Below, piece by piece: positions 61,701-64,000 of a stretch of DNA of 64,000 nucleotides. The stretch lies in assembly GCA_963708025.1 (NCBI GenBank), contig CAVPSB010000011.1:13749-77748 (forward strand), written 5' to 3'. Both the position numbers and the translations under genes were made by a program. The number at the start of each line of letters is the position of its first letter. Position 1 is the first letter of the stretch. The DNA is from an uncultured Candidatus Rokubacteria bacterium (GTDB lineage Bacteria > Methylomirabilota > Methylomirabilia > Rokubacteriales > DASRDR01). The notes beneath the pieces are model-generated. The model made no database searches and had not been told where the DNA came from. It worked only from the letters and a program-made list of their open reading frames with translations.

Positions 61701-62134
61701 TGGCGTGGACCTCCTCGGGATCGAGGCGCTCCGACATCGCGGTGAAGCCCGAGACGTCGGTGAACATGACCGTGACCTGCTTGCGCTCCCCCTCGACCGC
61801 GCGCCCTGGAGGTGAGGATCTTCTCGGCGAGGTGCCTGGGAGTGTAGCTCTCGGGCGACGCGAAGCGCTCCCCGGGCGGACGTGCCGGCGGTGACGCAGC
61901 CGGGAGCTGGCCCGGCGGGGCCGCGACCGAGGTGACGGCCGGCGTCGAGGCGGGCGGCGTGGGGGTGGCCCCGGACGCGCCCGCCCGCAAATTCGCTCCG
62001 CACTCGCCACAGAACTTGTTCAGGGAAGGATTGGGGGTGCGACAGGCCGGGCAGACCGCGACGAGGCGGGCCCCGCACTCGCCGCAGAACTTCTGCTCGT
62101 CGGGATTCTCGTGCTGGCACTGCTGGCACTGCAT
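58717..62134 (-). CDS. Double zinc ribbon - class III adenylate/guanylate cyclase - STAND-like AAA - TPR protein; several frameshifts
   Basis: CQQCQHEN..KFCGECG repeated; FTDVSGFT, QFLGDG, GDTVNLAARL; GDPGVGKSRL; GNPLYVEE. Confidence 0.9.
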
Positions 62135-62279
62135 CTCGGCTCGAACGCTCCCCCGGCGGACCCAATCACCTGCTTAGCGTATCTGGCCTATACTCCCCGC
62201 TATCCCCGCGCGTGTCAATGCGCCAATGCGGTCCGACCATACCACGCCTTGACGTGACGCGACGGCTCGGCAACCCGGG

Positions 62280-63266
62280 ATGACGGAGGCTTCCATGCAC
62301 ACCGACTGGGTCAGGAAGGGACAGCGGGCGGTCGTCGCCGCCTGCCTCGGACTCCTCGTCGCCGGCAGCGCCGAGGCGAAGACGCTCCGGCTCAACGTCG
62401 AGGCGGATCCCGCCACGCTGAGCCCGATCCAGAACTCGGAGCTGATCTCGGGCGACATCATCGACAACATGTACGAGGGGCTGACTGCCATCGACAAGGA
62501 CGGCAAGGTCGTGCCGGCGCTGGCCGAGCGCTGGCAGGCGCACGAGGACGGACGGGGCTTCCGCTTCTTCCTCCGCAAGGGCGTGAGGTTCCACAGCGGC
62601 CGGGAGCTGGGAGCCGCCGACGTGAAGTGGACGTAGGCGCTGGTGAAGGGGCTCTGCGGCGGCGCCGCCGTCGCTCTCTACGGCTCCATCACCCCCGGGG
62701 TCCCCGGCTTCAACCCGGAGGCCCCGAAGATCCCCTACGACCCCGAGCGCGCCCGGAAGCTGCTGGCCGAGGCCGGCTTCCCGGGCGGCAAGGGGCTGCC
62801 GCCCGTGGAGCTCCAGAGCACGGCCCTGAACAAGGACGAGCTGGCCTACCTCGCGAACCAGTTCAAGAAGGAGCTGGGGCTGGACGCGCGGGTCCAGATC
62901 GTGGAGCGCGGCACGTTCATCAAGGCCATGAACGAGGGCCAGGTGCCGTTCTTCTCCTGGGGCTGGACCGCCGACTACCCGGACGGCGCCTACTTCCTCT
63001 CGCAGATGTGGCACTCCCGGAGCAAGTGGAACCGGCCGCGCTACGCCAATCCGAAGTACGACGAGCTGATCGATCGGGCGATGACGGTCGCCGACAACGA
63101 GGCCCGCTACCGGCTCTACCACGAGGCCGAGCGGGTCCTCATCGAGGACGCCGCGATGGTCGCGCTCACCGTGCGCGTGCAGGTGGCGATCCGGAAGCCG
63201 AGCGTCGCCAACGTCTACCTGACCCCGTTCCGCTACCGGCCGTTCTCGGAGGTGCGGATCCAGTAG
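62280..63266 (+). pseudogene. ABC SBP family 5 with a large internal deletion and an in-frame TAG
   Basis: PALAERW..GVRFHSG..DVKWT* jumps directly to YDPERARKLLAEAG..GWTADYPD; the central GTGPF region is missing. Confidence 0.8.
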
Positions 63267-63297
63267 TCGACCGGGGCGGTGGCCGGTGAGCTGATCG

Positions 63298-64000
63298 GTG
63301 CTGACCTGCGCGGCCCGCCGCCTGGCCGGGCTGGTCCCCCTGCTGTTCGTCGTGGTCCTCCTCGCGTTCGTCGCCAATCTGCTGACGCCGGGCGACCCCG
63401 TCCTGATGATGCTGGGCACGCGGGCCGGGGACGCCGAGCTGATGCGGAGCCTCCGCCACCAGTACGGCCTGGACCAGCCCCTGTGGCGGCAGTTCGCCGG
63501 CTACCTCTGGGGGGTCTGTCGCGGCGACTTCGGCTTCTCCTACCGGCTGGTCGGCGTGCCGGTGCTGGAGGTGATCAAGGACGGGCTCCGGATCAGCCCG
63601 GCCCTCGCCCTGGCCGCCCTCGCGCTCGCCGTCCCGATCGGGGTCTCGCTCGGCACCTTCGCCGCGCTCCGCCGCAACACCTGGCCGGACACGGGGGTGA
63701 TGGTGGCGCTCATCGCCGGGATCTCGGTCCCGAACTTCGCCATGGCCGCGTTCCTCGTCTACCTCTTCAGCATCGAGCTCGGTCTGGTGCCCGTGGCCGG
63801 CTGGGGCACCCTCCGCCAGGCGGTGCTGCCCGTGCTGCTGCTGGCGCTCCACCCCTCGGCCTACCTGGCCCGGCTCAGCCGCACCTACATGCTCGAGGTG
63901 CTCCGCCAGGACTACGTCCGGACCGCCCGGGCCAAGGGGCTCCCCGAGACGCTGGTGGTCTACCGCCACGCGCTGCGCAACACGCTGGTGCCGCTCCTGA
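63298..64000 (+). CDS. Peptide ABC permease (DppB-like), 3' partial
   Basis: PGDP, YGLDQPLWRQF, GDFGFS, MLEVLRQDYVRTARAKGL. Confidence 0.9.
   Translation, partial: MLTCAARRLAGLVPLLFVVVLLAFVANLLTPGDPVLMMLGTRAGDAELMRSLRHQYGLDQPLWRQFAGYLWGVCRGDFGFSYRLVGVPVLEVIKDGLRISPALALAALALAVPIGVSLGTFAALRRNTWPDTGVMVALIAGISVPNFAMAAFLVYLFSIELGLVPVAGWGTLRQAVLPVLLLALHPSAYLARLSRTYMLEVLRQDYVRTARAKGLPETLVVYRHALRNTLVPLL

Noticed and set aside
62634-62636. TAG readthrough (pyrrolysine or recoding)
   Set aside because: The stop coincides with a large deletion junction, TAG is used as a normal stop elsewhere, and no pyl genes are present.
1-64000. Many long antisense or alternate-frame ORFs (e.g. 15797-18301 -, 37745-40117 +, 41843-44449 +, 44157-46748 +)
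   Set aside because: Shadow ORFs of GC-rich genes; they have no motifs and overlap well-supported CDSs.
1-64000. CRISPR array, cas genes, tRNA/rRNA, transposase or integrase
   Set aside because: No regularly spaced direct repeats or recognisable motifs; the repeats found are dispersed.

Overview
GC-rich bacterial DNA, inferred to be Candidatus Rokubacteria/Methylomirabilota-like from its many ABC solute-binding proteins (SBPs) and sigma54/cyclase-AAA-TPR proteins. Many genes carry single-base indels typical of unpolished long-read sequence, so they are reconstructed here across frames. Layout: (1) 1-5.9 kb, stress-type island: FixLJ-like two-component system, SOD, DksA/TraR, receiver protein, Fet4-type permease, small proteins, AI-2E transporter and a truncated YihY, with two copies of a palindromic operator. 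(2) 6.7-11.8 kb: a cytoplasmic S8 protease followed by a free-standing copy of its own prodomain, an FAH hydrolase and a KAS III with a long N-terminal extension. (3) 12-24.5 kb: peptide/nickel-type and Liv-type ABC systems, the first behind a candidate structured leader RNA. (4) 24.7-31 kb: a sigma54-driven di-heme peroxidase-like protein, gene debris, MshA-like GT4/GNAT/FmdB genes and a sigma54-driven small protein. (5) 31-46 kb: a minus-strand catabolic and ABC cluster. (6) 46-62 kb, the most unusual part: two STAND-like AAA-TPR proteins with nearly the same sensor region but different outputs (a sigma54 activator with a degenerate cyclase domain, and an intact class III cyclase). They bracket a sigma54 target gene and an operon of DsbA, a Cys-rich secreted metzincin, a Cys-rich protein and a Tat-type GMC oxidoreductase. 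(7) An internally deleted SBP and a partial permease. A covarying structured intergenic repeat occurs four times. No CRISPR array, rRNA, tRNA or transposase was seen.
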